A stretch of DNA of 62,532 nt, filler included, from Choristocarpus tenellus KU-1152 (Eukaryota; Protista; Phaeophyceae), in assembly GCA_964200185.2 (NCBI GenBank). It is 11 parts of 11 records of this genome, joined end to end, with 100 filler letters (N's around TTAATTAATTAA, not from the genome) between each part and the next. Parts side by side here need not be neighbours in the genome. Positions count along the whole stretch, not along the records: positions 1 to 5,524 come from CAXNAD020010531.1; positions 5,625 to 8,497 come from CAXNAD020024032.1; positions 8,598 to 11,242 come from CAXNAD020026002.1; positions 11,343 to 15,256 come from CAXNAD020017180.1; 7 more parts are not named here. One strand, given 5' to 3'. Shown one piece after another: positions 1-13,599 of this stretch; position 1 is the stretch's first letter, and each line of letters begins with the position of its first letter. Under the pieces are notes generated by a model. The model was not told the origin of the DNA. It did not search any database and worked only from the letters and a program-made list of their open reading frames with translations. A program made the translations under genes and the position numbers.

Positions 1-160
1 CCCCCCCACCACCCAATTCTATCCTCCCCCTTTGTCTCTCAGTTGCCATATAATTTCACCTCCCTGCCAACAGTGAGAAATAGTGCCAGCATTATACAGC
101 AATAAATGTTGTCAGGTCCGTCAAGTGGCGTTTAAAAATAATGCACTACACGCCAACCAA

Positions 161-3100
161 TCACCAGCCTCCAATCATGCCCTCATCCCCCCCCCGGCCG
201 AAATGCTCATCAACCACGCTCTTTGGGAGTTGGAGATAGAAAGGGTCTATCTTTGCCTCAAAGGCGATCTCGCCCACAGCCCCAGTGACCATCATGTAAC
301 TTCCCTGCATTCGTCCAATGACCTGATAAATGAAGGGAACCACGACATGCCCTGATGGTGAGATATACACAGAAGGGTGAGGGGGAAGGGAGAAACCTCC
401 AGGAAGCCAAATCAATATGTGTCAGGCTTCACAAAGACCAATTGACTTTCATGCATTGGTCCAAACCTAAGAGGCATGTGACAAAAACTTACTGAACCAT
501 GAATCACACAGTGCAGATGAGAAGGTCCTTACTTCCCTCCTGAACAGAGCAACGCTCTACATGATATCAGACATGACCCTTTGGTGTTGTTCTCGCAGGT
601 GACAAGACAACAAACAGTACACCACCAGCCCCATCCCCTCTGCTATAAACCATCATTGCCACATGCTTTTCCTCAACCCTGTCCAAACCAACGTTTTATA
701 AACCATCCAGAGGACATCCTTTCTTACCAACCTGAGTCCTCCCCAAGGAGAGCTACATCAGTGCATGGTGCAGCACATGAATATCAAGGAATCAAAACGC
801 TCAGGTGCACATCGCCCCCAATTACATAGGAACCTACCCATGCATTCACAACACCTCAAAAGTCTACAGGAGTGAAACTCTGCACCTCCCCCTTTTCCAA
901 AATGCAAATTGCAAATGGGAGCTCATGTAATCCACACGACAAACAAACACACACACATACACACATACACAACTAATGCATAAACACAACCAAAAATGCA
1001 GAGCACAGCCGAACCATAACTACATAGCCTTCAGGACCAGCGGTAATTCATAAGACACAAGATAACACCAGCACATGCACCCTCACCAGAAGGGAGCAAA
1101 GACAACCCACAGCCAACATCAAGCCATGCCTGTCCTTTACACCTGATATCCTTTCTTGGGTGCACAAGCAATTGGGCAGAAGGATGAGTACTCAAAGCTT
1201 TGCCCAGGCTCCAGCACGGGCTGTTGTCCAATCACTCCTGGTCCCTTCACCACCTGTGGCTTCTGAAAAACAATGGAAGAGAGTAGGAGGGGGCCAGAAG
1301 CGCCCAAGGGTACGTGTGTCAGGTGTGGTGGGAACAAGCTGGGCAGGGTTGTGGGGGAGGGTGGAACACCTTCCCCCTGTTCTGAGTGGGCAAATAAAAA
1401 AAACAAGAACACAACAGTACCTGCATGAGTTAATCAACACGGGTGCAATGATACATTCAATATATATATGTATTATTACCCGTACATTCAACGTTTATCG
1501 TGACCTGAGAAGCCACACTCATTACATAATTAAACAGGAACCAAATGAACCTATGGTACAGTGTTTTATCCACAGGCGATAAACAATAACGCATCCCTTC
1601 CTCGTCCATGAAGGATACTTTTTTACTATACAGGTACACAGTATAGCACCAAAGCGCACAGCAGTGCAGTACCTCTCTCTGGTTGATGGACTTTATCTCC
1701 CATTCCCGGGACACCAATTGCACGATCTGAGGGGACAGATTTGTGACCTTTATCCGGTAGATGAACATGTACTCATCCTTGACCGGCTTGCTCTCCTCAG
1801 CATGGTACTGACTCTGCACCTCCACCCTTTGCCATCCAAGTCAAGCCGGGCCGAGACAAAGAAGTGGTGAACACAATGGTGTGTGGTGTTTGACAAAAGG
1901 CAGTCAGTTGTCCTCACTTACAGTGAGTCACAAGAGGGTCAGTTTGGGAAAAGTGACCATTATAAAAAAAAAGGAGTGCATAATGATTCGGGGTGTGTGT
2001 GAAGGACGGGGGTTCAAAGAGAATAATCTCCAACAGAATAGCACACACTCACATGTCTATCGAATCGAGCGAATCGGATGGCATCTACCCTATAAACTCT
2101 TGCACTGTTATTGAAATATATGAGTTCTGACATGATACTCCTTACATTGCGATGCATGTGGTTCGTGGATGCTTGTGCAGTGTCTTAAGGACATGCAGAG
2201 GGGGGGGGGGGGAGGGAGGGGCAGCAGGGCATTTGTGGCATGGTACACGCCTGTTCTAATGGGGCAGAAAGTCACGCATCTGCCTTGTTAGAACGATGGT
2301 TATCTCAATGTTTACATTTCGCTGTAAGCAATAGTAGTGTTCACTCAACCTGCATGGCTTTGTAGGCAAAGCTCCAAGGTGTCTCAGTGCTCTTCGACAC
2401 AGGAGACCTGTAGAACATCACCTCTCTAAGAACACACAATGTCCTGCTTCTGGCTGAAGCAGAGGCAGGTGGTAGTGGCTACCGCGTATGCTCACAGTGA
2501 CAGCAACTCGAGGTGTAAAGCCTCCCTAGTCACCTCACATCAAGAAGTTTCACTGAAAATGTCCTCAGTTATGCCGCTCTAGCATCACTCCTACCAAGGC
2601 ATGCAACTCAACCAGACTCAACCTAATCCTGAGACATTCAAAACACATCATGTGTGAATATGACTGCTACCCTCACCACCCCCCTTACCCGACCCAACTC
2701 AACCCAACCCAACCCCTGTCCTCACTTGATGCCATTGGTGATTGTGACACTTGCGCTGCTGTAGTCATCGGTCCCCTCTTTCCCCCCTTCACTAGACTTC
2801 TTTGAAGATCTTTTTTTTGTTTTCCCAGATCTGGTAGATTTTTTGGATTCAGGGTCACGTCGTTTTTCTTCAAGCATATCTGGGTGGGGTGGCACACCAA
2901 CTTGATACATCTGCAACCGAAGCCGTAAAGCTTTTCCCAACTCCTGGGTTCATTTGAGGGCAATGATTCATGGGTGGGGGACGGGACCAGGCCGGGGCCG
3001 ATGGAGCAATGATCAGGCTAGAAGGGTAATGGTGTGCATTTTATGATTGGGGGTACGGAATGATAGCAGGGGAGGGGGTATTCACATTGTTGTCTCAAGT

Positions 3101-4561
3101 GAGGTGAATAGTGTTTGGCAAAGAGTGAGAGAGGAACCTCCGTCGATGTGACAAAGGGGCTCAGCAACTCTCCATTGAAATATCACCACAAGTACTACAC
3201 CCTGCAAAAGGACTACAGTTGTTGTCAATGATTCCTGACAAGCACCTGCCACTGTGCTACGCCTGTGCTACTATTGTTCGGTATAGATCGCATCTACAAC
3301 AGCTGGTCAGACGCTGGTATCCAGTTTTCTAGAGGGCAGGAAGGCCTGAAGGTTAGCTCCAACCTAAACACAAGAGTATACAAAACCAGAAGAATTTGGA
3401 CTCCACTTAGGAATGGCCAATTCATAGTCTGGTGCCAATAAAATCTAAGCAGGAGCAAAGAGAGTGGGCAGACAAAAATGATACCGTTTTTCACGTGTTG
3501 ATATGCCTTATAAAGCCCTCTTACCTCATTCTTTTCAGCCTCTTTTACTAGCTCCTCGAGGGAGATGTAGGGATCCTCAGATCGTAGTTTCTTGGCCTTC
3601 ATTCGCAGTTCACTTGCTTTATCTGTATCTCCCGCCTCCTCCATTTGCTCGGCCTCCCTCTCTGCCTTCATCACACGAGCCCACAGGAACTCTCGCTCCT
3701 TTAAGCATCACACAACATAAGTAGTCGCAAAATTTGTAAGGGGGAGTCAGGAAGGATTGGAGAGAGTGGGTGAGGAGAGTTTGCAGGAGTTATGATGGTG
3801 CCAGAAACCGTCGCTTGGCTTCGAAGAGCAGGTCACTCCCTCCTCTGCACGACAAAATGCTCACCACAACTCGCACCAAGACAAGCAAGCGACACCTCAG
3901 CGCATAAATAGCGCTTCACCGACTTGCTCTCCCTCATGAAATAAGAGTATTTCCCAGGCTTACAAAGCATGGACTTATGTAAGAATACTCTCGCCAAAGA
4001 CCACGAGTCCACGCTCCTGCAGGTTGCAACACCCTGCTGCGCCAGCTCTAGAGATTTGGAAACAGAGCAAAATTCCTTCAAAATGACCCCCCAACTCACC
4101 TCTGTCGACATCATAGGCACATCGAGTGAGGGCATCTCCACCTCATCATCATCTCCAACATTGACTCCAAGACCTATCCCTTCATCCGGAACAGTAAACT
4201 TCTCTCCCGTTCCTGCTATTCCTGGGGTTTTTGCCCCTGACTGGACCTCTTGGGCTTCTGCCTCGGATGCCCCTCCACCAGCCTGAGGAATTGCGTTGTC
4301 CGAGGAGCCCTGTCCTTGTCCCGGCCCCAGACCTTGCCATTTACCACTACCATCTCCCTGTTCAGAGGCAGACATAATGGTATGCCACGTTGTGGGGTAT
4401 CCGCCTCCACGGGGATTTGCAGGGTTGACTTGGGTGATCTGTTTGCCGCAAGAAAGCAGCCCGTGCGGACGCGGCAAGAAGCCTGTCGCTGGACTAACTC
4501 CCGAACCCAAGATGCATGCAAGGCTCAGCAGTGCCGAGCACTTGGTGGGAGTCGAACTCAT
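161..4561 (-). CDS. apaG: Plastid-targeted UVR-motif + ApaG domain protein, 6 exons (4561-4100, 3698-3525, 2943-2726, 1826-1673, 1253-1143, 322-161)
   Basis: Exons join in frame at GT-AG sites. ApaG motifs: [57 protein letters not shown]-terminal hydrophobic signal followed by ATGF. Two UvrB/C-like helical motifs ([17 protein letters not shown]; [14 protein letters not shown]). Confidence 0.9.
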
Positions 4562-4889
4562 TGTTAGACGTGATCTGTAGTTGGACAAGAGCAGGATGGT
4601 ACTAAGTTCGTGTCAATAATGCTAGTGTTGAAGAAAGCCCGGAGTTCCTGGACTTGATAGGAAGATGAAGGTAGAATTGGAGAAGAGAGGATGATATTGA
4701 CCAACGTAACCTTGGACGATACTCTCAATACCAATCCCTTTCCCTAAACTGTGGTGATGGCACTAACTTCAAACTTTTCAAGGCATGGTTAACTTATGAC
4801 GTTGAGTGTTGAGAGGCAGTCAGTTCTATGACAAAAAAAAGTGGAGGGCGGAGGATGGGCGGGTGGACGGTCGATATTTGTGTATACTA

Positions 4890-4960
4890 CAATATGTTTT
4901 TATTATTATACCCTCTGACATTTTTTGTATCAAAGGAAAAACCATTGAAAACTATTCAAT
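4890..4960 (-). repeat. Copy of the ~65-bp 'CAGAGGGCATAATAA' upstream element
   Basis: Reverse complement reads aatagttttcaatggtttttcc..aaaatgtcagagggtataataataa, matching the copies at ~15465 and ~22095. Confidence 0.75.
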
Positions 4961-4979
4961 TGTTACAATAACCCTACGA

Positions 4980-5345
4980 CTACTAACGGGAACGTTTATG
5001 AAGTAATCTGAGTTTTGTGGGCGGAAGAATTCTGGTTGGTTGGGGGCACAGGGCAAGGAAGGGGACAGTAAAGAAATATAAGTATTAAGGAGGGAACGAA
5101 GAGTTAAGATTGAGTGGTTAAGAAAAATAGGTGGCAGACGGAGCCACAAGGGGAGAAGGAACGAACAGTATTGAATCGAACGAGGAAACCTGAGGCTGGG
5201 GGACAAGACAAGGAAGGCTAGAGCAAGAGGACCCCTGAGCAAGCTTTCCCGCCCACCCGCCCTGTCGCTTGCTCATGACCGACTTGGATCTCAGGGTGGG
5301 AGGGGAGGTCAAGTTCGGGCAGGGTAGATGTCTTCTAGCTAAAAA
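4980..5345 (-). repeat. ~350-bp dispersed repeat (second copy at 54420-54800, inverted)
   Basis: Shared blocks cacaaaactcagattacttcataaac and gagcaa.cga.aggg.gg.tggg.gggaaag.ttgctc. Confidence 0.7.
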
Positions 5346-5524
5346 GCACGGTATGAAGGGGATGATGAAGGGGGGTTCTTGGATGATTGTGGAGTGGTTT
5401 TGAGTGGTGTTGAATGGTGTGGTGGAATGGTAAGTGGGGTGGGGTTGAGTGGGGTTGAAAGGGGTGGTAGAGACTGGAAATCAGTGGCGAAAGGGGCCGC
5501 ACTGGTTGGTCATCGGATAGGGGG

Positions 5525-5624
5525 NNNNNNNNNNNNNNNNNNNNNNNNNNNNNNNNNNNNNNNNNNNNTTAATTAATTAANNNNNNNNNNNNNNNNNNNN
5601 NNNNNNNNNNNNNNNNNNNNNNNN
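5525..5624. other. Artificial contig linker N44-TTAATTAATTAA-N44 (also 8498-8597, 11243-11342, 15257-15356, 21886-21985, 29689-29788, 33273-33372, 36632-36731, 42493-42592, 59198-59297)
   Basis: The same 100-bp spacer, with stops in all six frames, occurs ten times. Confidence 0.98.
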
Positions 5625-5939
5625 CTCTAAGATATTTTAGCTCACAGGTTTGCTTACCTTGGAAGCACCTTTAGTAATGAACCCGCTAATACTGCCGAGA
5701 TCAGCTGAAGGGTTCAAAAAGCCTGGAGTTGTACCGGCAAAGTATACACAAGTGCTCTGTGACAGGGCCTCAGATGTATCACTTGAGCTCTGAATGCCCA
5801 AGACTGATGTAGTTGGGATTCTGTTTTGTGTTTTTGGATATGTGAACACTCCAATGGGCCCACTCTATGTAGCTTCACTCCCATCTCCACAAATTTCTCC
5901 TACTATGCTGCATTGGATCTCGCATATGGAAATTTACTG

Positions 5940-6330
5940 ATCACTGTCCAACCAAGATGCCCTTATTAATACTGGTTGTGAGAGTATTGAGCCAACTGTG
6001 TGAAACATGGAGACTCCGATTCACAGGGCTATCATGGAGGATGAGCAAATTCCAAAAGTGTTGATGTTTGCGGAGCTTGCAAATGATAAACGAAGTAAGG
6101 TGGATAGAATAAGTTCTGTGGATGTGCCTGCAAGACCACCTCAAGAAGTTTGGGATTGCAGTGAGGGATAGAGCACAAGGAAGGGCAACCGATCAACACA
6201 GGTGGAGTGGGTGTTTGATTGGCAGAAGAACGAGCTTCATTGATGAGTGACATTACAAGGAAGGTGTGAGGGGTGATGTGCATGCTAAAGCAGCAGATAA
6301 AGCAGCCCAAGCAACCACCACCGCCACTGT
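5940..6330 (+). mobile_element. Degenerate 3' end of a LINE (RTE-like) ORF
   Basis: Translates as IMEDEQIPKVLMFAELANDKR and CLQDHLKKFGI, resembling the conserved post-RT tail of RTE LINEs. Frameshifted. Confidence 0.55.
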
Positions 6331-6890
6331 TTTGCCGAATGCTGCTTTCTTACTTTGTTTCTCTCTCTGTTTGGATCGATTATCTTTTTCTTCCCTTTCT
6401 TGTTTCCTGAGTGACAGGTAATGAGTGGCAATTCCGAATTGGATGGACCTCGTGCTCAAGTGTTTTTATTGGGTATTAGTGCATCGCGCCTAGATTATTT
6501 TCATTACCCCGGTAGATATACTGAATTCCTTTTTATTTCTTCATTTTTATTTTTCTTCCTTCTCTTTTCTTCTCGTTTTTCTTCCTCCAATGAGTGCTCG
6601 TTTTTATTTATTCTTCTTCTCTGATACCCATATCTCTCCAACAGTCTGTATTGTCTTCTTTTGACCACGCCCTCAAACTAACGTGAAGAAGGCTAAGATT
6701 CATAGAAATGAGAGGAAAATTTTGCTGACAAGGTATGGGCTGCCTGCTTCCACAATACAAGAAGACAAGGTAGGATGGGAGGTAGTCTGGAGAAAGAAAG
6801 GAACAAAGTGGAACACTCGAGAGAGAAGAGGGGACTACCTCACACGGTGTATAGGAGAGGGAATGATCTGACTTTGTGGTGTCAGAATCC

Positions 6891-7149
6891 GAGTGAAAGT
6901 GTCTTAGAGGGTAAAAGTTTCGCCCTGTTTGTCCTTTTGGGACTTGGCTTCCCATGGGTTATTTATATGACATTTTCCTACTCCAAAATGTTTTGGAGTA
7001 GAAAAAATTGCACATGATGAAAAGGTGTGTTCAGAACTTGGATATTGACACCTCCTAGCAAACACGATGTTCAAAATTTCATCTGAATTGCAACATCGGA
7101 TTTTGGGCCCCAAACGGACATGGCTCTACCCTCCAAGATACTTTGGCTC
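6891..7149 (-). mobile_element. MITE family 1 copy (~259 bp)
   Basis: Ends gagtgaaagtgtcttagagggta ... taccctccaagatactttggctc. Internal sequence matches the copies at 12861, 25543 and 37099. Confidence 0.85.
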
Positions 7150-8400
7150 TCCTCAGAACAACATATAGCTGACGGTGTTGAAATGTCCGAACCATGGTAG
7201 TGAATGGCGAGAACGCGGTGAGCATGAGGCAGTACTGATAAAAGAGGCTTGGGCTCGTGGATACGATGTGATTGGGCTCCAGGAGACCTGGCAAAGTGGA
7301 AAATCAGACATAGCTTTCCAAGTCAAAGTACACCTTGTTAGGGGAGAAGAGACGGCGGAAGAGCCAATGGAAAGGGACTAGCAGCGAAGGAGATAATACT
7401 AAAACAGCTGCCCATGATATTCAAGCGGATGATGAAGGTCCAGTTACTGGTGGTAGGCAGTTGGAGATACCTTCATTGGGGAATATGCCCCAACAGAAAA
7501 AGGTCCAGGGACGGCTGAGGACACTTTCTGCGAGAACTTGCACACCCCAGTGCCAGAGTTTCAGACAAGTACAAACTTTTTTTCCTGATGGACATTAGGG
7601 TTTGCACTGGAATGAGAGTTCAGGGGGGGAACGCAACACCAGTATACTTGGGCATGTTGTCGTAATGTCTTTGTCTTCACTGCAGTGCTAAGCATAGCAC
7701 TAGAGGGGTTTGATGCTGATCCACTATCTCCAAGGACTCATTATCATAAAGGAGGAAGCTGCCACAAACAACCAGGCCAAAGGAGGAGGAACAGCAAGGA
7801 GTGGGATAACACTTAATTGGCGGCTGTGGGATATACTTAATGTTTATGATCAGGCTTTGTGCCTAACACCCAAGGGAGTCTGGCCAGAACAATGATAGTG
7901 ACTGTGAAGGTGACTAGGACATTCATGCTGACTTGTTGGAGCTGAAGATGGAAACCATGTCTCTTTAACCTTTCGACAAGCCTGCAGACATTATGCTGAG
8001 TTTGTGCCCTACACCGCATGACAGTAAGCTGTGCAATCTGAGAATCTTTCGCAATGATACCTGGAGGTCTCGTTTGGGGGTAATTGCCTTAACTATTCTT
8101 GCAACTACTTCGTGCCACTTGAAAAGAACAACATGAGGGTGTAATTTGAAGTCAACATGGGTGCATGGGGGTAAGGACTTGCCTTCACAAACCTTCCAAC
8201 GGATGGAAAACGTTGGTCATGGAAGATGTGGGATCCATGGTTTAGTCAACGCAAGCAGTGGGACCAAGGTGGGAGTGTGGTCTGGAATCTTCTGGTGTTG
8301 CTGTGTTTGTGTTCATCCCTCAGATGAATATGTGGCAAAGATACTCTCCCTCTCTCCTGGGAGTCCCTTGCAACATCCTCTTGTGTGCTTGGTCCCTGCA
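7150..8400 (+). mobile_element. LINE apurinic-endonuclease relic
   Basis: KEAWARGYDVIGLQETW matches the D(V/I)xxLQET motif of non-LTR retrotransposon endonucleases. Many stops. Confidence 0.55.
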
Positions 8401-8414
8401 CCTCGTATTACAAT

Positions 8415-8497
8415 GAGCCAAAGTATATTAGAGGGTAGAGCCGCGTCCATTTGGTGTTAAAAATCCAATGTTGCGATTTTGATGTAATTTTGACTAT
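8415..8497 (+). mobile_element. MITE family 1, partial (cut by contig end)
   Basis: gagccaaagtatattagagggtagagccgcgtccatttgg..aaaatccaatgttgcgattttgatgtaattttgac. Confidence 0.8.
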
Positions 8498-8608
8498 NNN
8501 NNNNNNNNNNNNNNNNNNNNNNNNNNNNNNNNNNNNNNNNNTTAATTAATTAANNNNNNNNNNNNNNNNNNNNNNNNNNNNNNNNNNNNNNNNNNNNTCA
8601 CTATGCAC

Positions 8609-11242
8609 CTTCTCCTTCCCTCCAAACCGAACTCCACCCCCCCTCATCCCGCCCCCAATGCTAGCTGCAGCACCCTGGCTGTGCACACCTGCATGTAGCT
8701 TTCCTTCCTTCTCAAGGCTAGCTAACACACGTTCTTCAACAGCAGTACAAAAATCATTTGGCACATCTCCCCCTCCCACAGCCCCAATGCCACCACTGAT
8801 GAGACCGCCTAGAAGCTTTCCACCCAAGCAAGCCACCACAGTCTGAAACTTGTTGAGGCCATACAAGCATTGCCTCAACTGGGGAGTAAGCCCCACCTGC
8901 ATCATGGAAAAAAGGAGGGGGAAAAGGGGGTTAATCCTGTCAAAAGGTTTGAGAAAATATGAAGTTGTGTAAAGAGTCTCGGAAAGGGTTAAAGTCTAAC
9001 CCTTGTCATGGCACAACTTATCATTGCACCGCCTTTATTTCCTGAACAAATTACTTCTCCATGCTGAGAATTTTTGCTATCTACAGAATGTATCGATCCC
9101 CTTCTAGGAACTCACCTTACTACAATAGGAAATAAAAAATAAAATATGTACTTACATTTTCATAGCGCGTGGCATTTTCCAAATACTTGAAGAGTTGACA
9201 CATTGATTGCACGAGTATAAAATAAAAATTAATAGCACATAATCAATACATCTGTCTGGCTAGCTCTCTCCCCTCACCTGTCCAAGAGTGCACTTGAGCC
9301 TGTCAACCTCCTGTAGAGCCTTCTTAATTGCCTCCATAAGGATACCCCCACCCCCCTGATCATCAACATCCAGAAGATGCCACTGTGCCAAAGTTGACAG
9401 CATTGGCATCAGCAAACCACCTTCTTTCAGTAGAGGGTGTCTCAGGGCCAAACTCACCCTGGGCACAAACAAGGATAAATGAAGTTTCAACAACAGACAA
9501 ATTCAAAGATTGGTACTGAAAACATGACCTCTTGGAGGTTGATCAGGTTCTGCACAGAATATATATATTGCATACTGGAATGCCTGGGTTCAACTTTGTT
9601 CGATGCTACTTTTGTTAAATTCAAAGATCTGCAGCACAACACAATAAGCTGTGTTACAGTAAGTAATAAATCCAGAACAAAGCCCAAACATGCATATAGT
9701 AATATCGCTCTCACTGAAACTGAACACAACCATTAACCCAAGGCTGTAACAACCCAACTCCTGAAAGACACCGAGTCACACCCATAGAGCAAATCAACAC
9801 TCCCAAAACCAATTCTACCAAATATCACTGAGTACAGCAGCAATGGAAGGAGAACAGTAACTTAAGTCTGAGCCTCTTGGGGAGGAGGGGTTCGCTATCA
9901 CAAACATACACACATAAATATCAATCCATGCTTTGCCCTCCTCACCTATGCACAGCACCACTGCCTCCAACATGCATCTTCCCAACATTCCTGCCACCTA
10001 ATGTTCCCCTACTGCTCTTGGGTGGATCGGCAGTCATGCTGAGGACATTGGTTGCAATTCTTAGTGCCCCTGTCACATGTTGGACCAGAAGGGGGTCCGG
10101 GTACCCCAGTGGCAGCCCCTCGGCAGTACCAATTGCCCCCTCCAAAGGCACAGAGGAAGTGTCATCCCCCAGTCGAACAACAGAACCCAAATCCCATCCA
10201 CCCCCCCCACCCACAAGAGCAAGAAGATTGTGTCGCAAATGACTAGAGACAGTTCTGCTCAACGGTAACACCCCTGCACTGCCTGAAGCAGAAACCAGGG
10301 TGATTGAGTCACCAGGCTGGTGCATGGCAAAGGCAGGCCACAGAGTACCCTCAAAATCCTCAGATGATAACGTTTGTTCCACACCTTCTCCACGCCCCCA
10401 CTCTCCCCTTGATCCCCCACTGGACCCATTCTCATACAGGCCGGTCATTGCAGGGCCAAAGTCTTCCCCGGTGTCTGCATTTCCCACCGACAGCACCCCT
10501 TCATCAGTATCCAGTATCATTTCCACAGTCATGCCTGCAAGCATGCGGGTACCATACCCAGACCTCAGTCTAGACCCTCCATGGTACAAGTCCTGACTCA
10601 CCAGATAACCCCAGCCATGACGGTCTGCACCTAAATAACTCCCCAGGGAAGCGCGCCGTGTTGCCACTCCCAAAAAGATGTGACCCCTACGGTTGACGCT
10701 ATCAAGGTGAACACGCCAGCGGTGAACCCCACTGCCTCGAGAAAACCCATGTGTTGCTAGGGCCACCCCCCAGCCCCGATTGGGGCCCTAATATTTGCGT
10801 TCAGGGCATATGGGGGGGGGGGGGGCTTAGGAAAACCTCAGTATTGCATTTTAAGAAGAGATGAGGAGTGAATGTGATCAAAAACATTAGGGAATAGGGA
10901 AATATAGTCCACCAAATGATCGCATGTCTTCATCTATCTATAGTAGTGATACAGCTGTGAGTTGTCATATGGTGTGCATCAGTAGAAATGTGTCATTTCA
11001 GCCATAGAGAGAATGGTGTATTAATACTCCTTTACGTCCCTCCACCTGTTCCAATGTACACCCTCCTGGCCCTGGACACCCCGGGCGAAGAGTGTGGTGA
11101 CAGTAATCGGGGTCAATACCCATGGGCTGCACATACATTGTTGCAGGTATGCCCCCATTTCCCCCCCCCCCCCTCCCTGCCCCATCACCATTCATTACAG
11201 GTACAAATGGGGGGGGCCGACACCGCAACCAATCCCCCTTCC
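8609..11242 (-). CDS. SPRY/B30.2-domain protein, internal fragment (exons <11242-11046, 10787-9946, 9458-9278, 8896-8609), possibly from a large HECT/HERC-type E3 ligase
   Basis: ALATHGFSRGSGVHRWRVHLDSVNRRGHIFLGVAT..YLGADRHGWGY..GMTVEMILDTDEGVLS..LWPAFAMHQPGDSITL is a SPRY signature. Splice phases are compatible. The E3 assignment is inference. Confidence 0.8.
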
Positions 11243-11414
11243 NNNNNNNNNNNNNNNNNNNNNNNNNNNNNNNNNNNNNNNNNNNNTTAATTAATTAANN
11301 NNNNNNNNNNNNNNNNNNNNNNNNNNNNNNNNNNNNNNNNNNTAATCCGGATGTACTATCTCATTAGATACATCACATGGACTCAATTCAACACAATAAT
11401 CTCATATACACAAA

Positions 11415-11599
11415 GACCCAAAGTATCTGGGGGGGTGGGGGGGGTCTACACGAGGGTGTCCATTTTGGACCAAAATCGGGAAAAGTGCAGTTGCATTACC
11501 CATCCGACGTATGGCAGCCAAATCACCCAAAAATCGTGATATTATGAAAAAATTGACTCCAAATGGACAGCCGCCACCCCCTCCCAGATACTTTGAGCC
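11415..11599 (+). mobile_element. MITE family 2 copy (~185 bp)
   Basis: TIRs gacccaaagtatctggg ... cccagatactttgagcc. Matches 37384-37560 in reverse. Confidence 0.8.
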
Positions 11600-12439
11600 A
11601 GTTTACCATACGATCGGTTTTGACATTGTAAGGGAAATACCAGAATTTTTGTTGTACTTTCATTCAGTACAAAAAATTCAACAGTAATGTATTTCATTGT
11701 GTTCCCGATGTGTTGGGGGTAAAACCAATGAAAAGTCAATTAAATACCAGAACCCTTGAAAAAGTAATAGTTGTCGTAAGTGGAAGAGTCCTGGGCAGCT
11801 AAACCATGAAACACCTCTACCGCACATACTGTACCACCTGCACCATACATACCATACAAATCTCAAAACAATGAATGCGAAGAACCATGGATTTGCAACA
11901 GCAAACCATGTTTTTTTGCAGACACTACTCTTCTTGCTGTACCTCACAGTTTGTCTAACAGCGAGCTCTACCTTACTATACCTTATCGTTATTCTTTCGA
12001 AATTACCGTTCCTGTACGGTATGGTATATTTTCAAAACACCAGTAGTAGTAGGGGGCCTTGCGGCTTTGGTTTAACTTTTCTCCTGACATATATCCGCAA
12101 ATAATATGAGAGGGCGAAATAATATATTATGAAGAAAATGAGTCAACCTTGTAACAGTGCCTTCAATCGAATCATCGTCTCTTCTAGGAAATCTCGATGC
12201 TCCTAGGAAGATTCGTTGTAGGAATAACTTAAACTTTCGTAGAGACCTGCAAAGTGCCATGAGCGTTCCTCGTGGGTATATTGCAGAGCTCAAATAAACT
12301 TCGAAATATTGTCTTGTTTTTTTTGTTTTTGGGGTAGTATATTTGATGACGAGGGGTGTTTCTAGGTATGAAACCGATGTTACGAGAAGTGACCATGACT
12401 TAAAAAAATAATAGAAATGCACAGGTCACAAATGCAAGT

Positions 12440-12860
12440 GATGGTATCCTTCCTAGCGGAAAAAATAACGAACATTCCGGATGGATCCAGTCTTCCATGC
12501 AGGGGCACTCGCAAACGCCAGATCAGCTCCCTACCAGGACAAAGGCCTCCTGCTAGATGTTACGTTCGCGGAAGTGCTGGCAGCCTCCCACCTTTCCCAC
12601 TCATCCACCAGCAATGGTTTAGCTGGTGCTGCAACTGAGGTGCGAAAGCGAACCCACTACGAGGGTTCTTTTGATCCTCATAGTTATAACCTCAACACCT
12701 TTGCGGTGGAAGGTTTTGGACGCCTTGGTAAGCAAGCAGAACGTTTTCTGGATGAGCTAGCTACTCGCGCGGTAGAGGAGAGAGGGACAGGAGGTTCTAG
12801 CAGGGAGGGGGCTATCAAATCCCGTCTATGACAGATAGTTTGTATGTCACAACGCAAGTA
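12440..12860 (+). mobile_element. CRE-like non-LTR retrotransposon C-terminal (restriction-like endonuclease) relic
   Basis: LLLDVT..AATEVRKRTHY..TFAVEGFGRLG..AERFL resembles the RLE domain. Cut by a MITE at 12861. Confidence 0.6.
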
Positions 12861-13119
12861 GAGCCAAAGTATCTTAGAGGGTAGAGTCGCGTCCATTTGG
12901 GGACCAAAATCTGATGATGCAATTTTGATGTAATTTTGACTATATATTTGTTAGGAGATGTCAATATCCTTTTCTGGACACTCCTTTTCATAACGTACAC
13001 ATTTTACCTACTCTGAAACATTTTGGAGTAGGTAAAAAATGTAAATAAAAACTCATGGGAAGCCAAGCCCCACATGGACAAACAGGACTAAATTCGTACC
13101 CTCTAAGATACTTTCACTC
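12861..13119 (+). mobile_element. MITE family 1, full copy, TSD AGTA
   Basis: Perfect 18-bp inverted repeat aaagtatcttagagggta/taccctctaagatacttt inside GAG...CTC ends. AGTA on both flanks. Confidence 0.9.
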
Positions 13120-13599
13120 AGTAGCCCTATCCAGACAGGTCATGCGCTTTAAGCTGGAGACACCAGGGAGATGGGCAAGGAGGGGCTTGTTAGATTCGTG
13201 GGATCCCTCTCTAGCCCCTCACAGGTCTGAGCTAGTTTAGAGGTACAGGAAGGGAACAGTATAGCATAACTGGTAGTAAAATAGTGAATAGATTAGAGTT
13301 TTTCACATTTACGACAAGTGCTAATTTTTTAGGGTTTATTCTGACATGTGAATAGTTTTTGTTGATTTTTTCTTGGCACAACTACAAGATATCAGAGGGC
13401 ACAATAATAAAATAACACTCCCTCTGTCCCTCAATTCTGCGACGTTAAGGGTGTAACTTCTCGAGATAATCTCCTTTGGAAAAAAAAAAGGAGATAGTTT
13501 TTGTGGGAATCATTCCTCATCGCTTTCCACACGTCCATCAATCCATCTATCCACCGTTGTGTCGAAAGACCTTCTGTCGATTCTGACCAAGTGTGGCAA

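Noticed and set aside
5525-5624. Recurring TTAATTAATTAA palindrome within N runs
   Set aside because: Artificial six-frame-stop linker. Gene adjacency across it (for example CBA1 with fabD) has no biological meaning.
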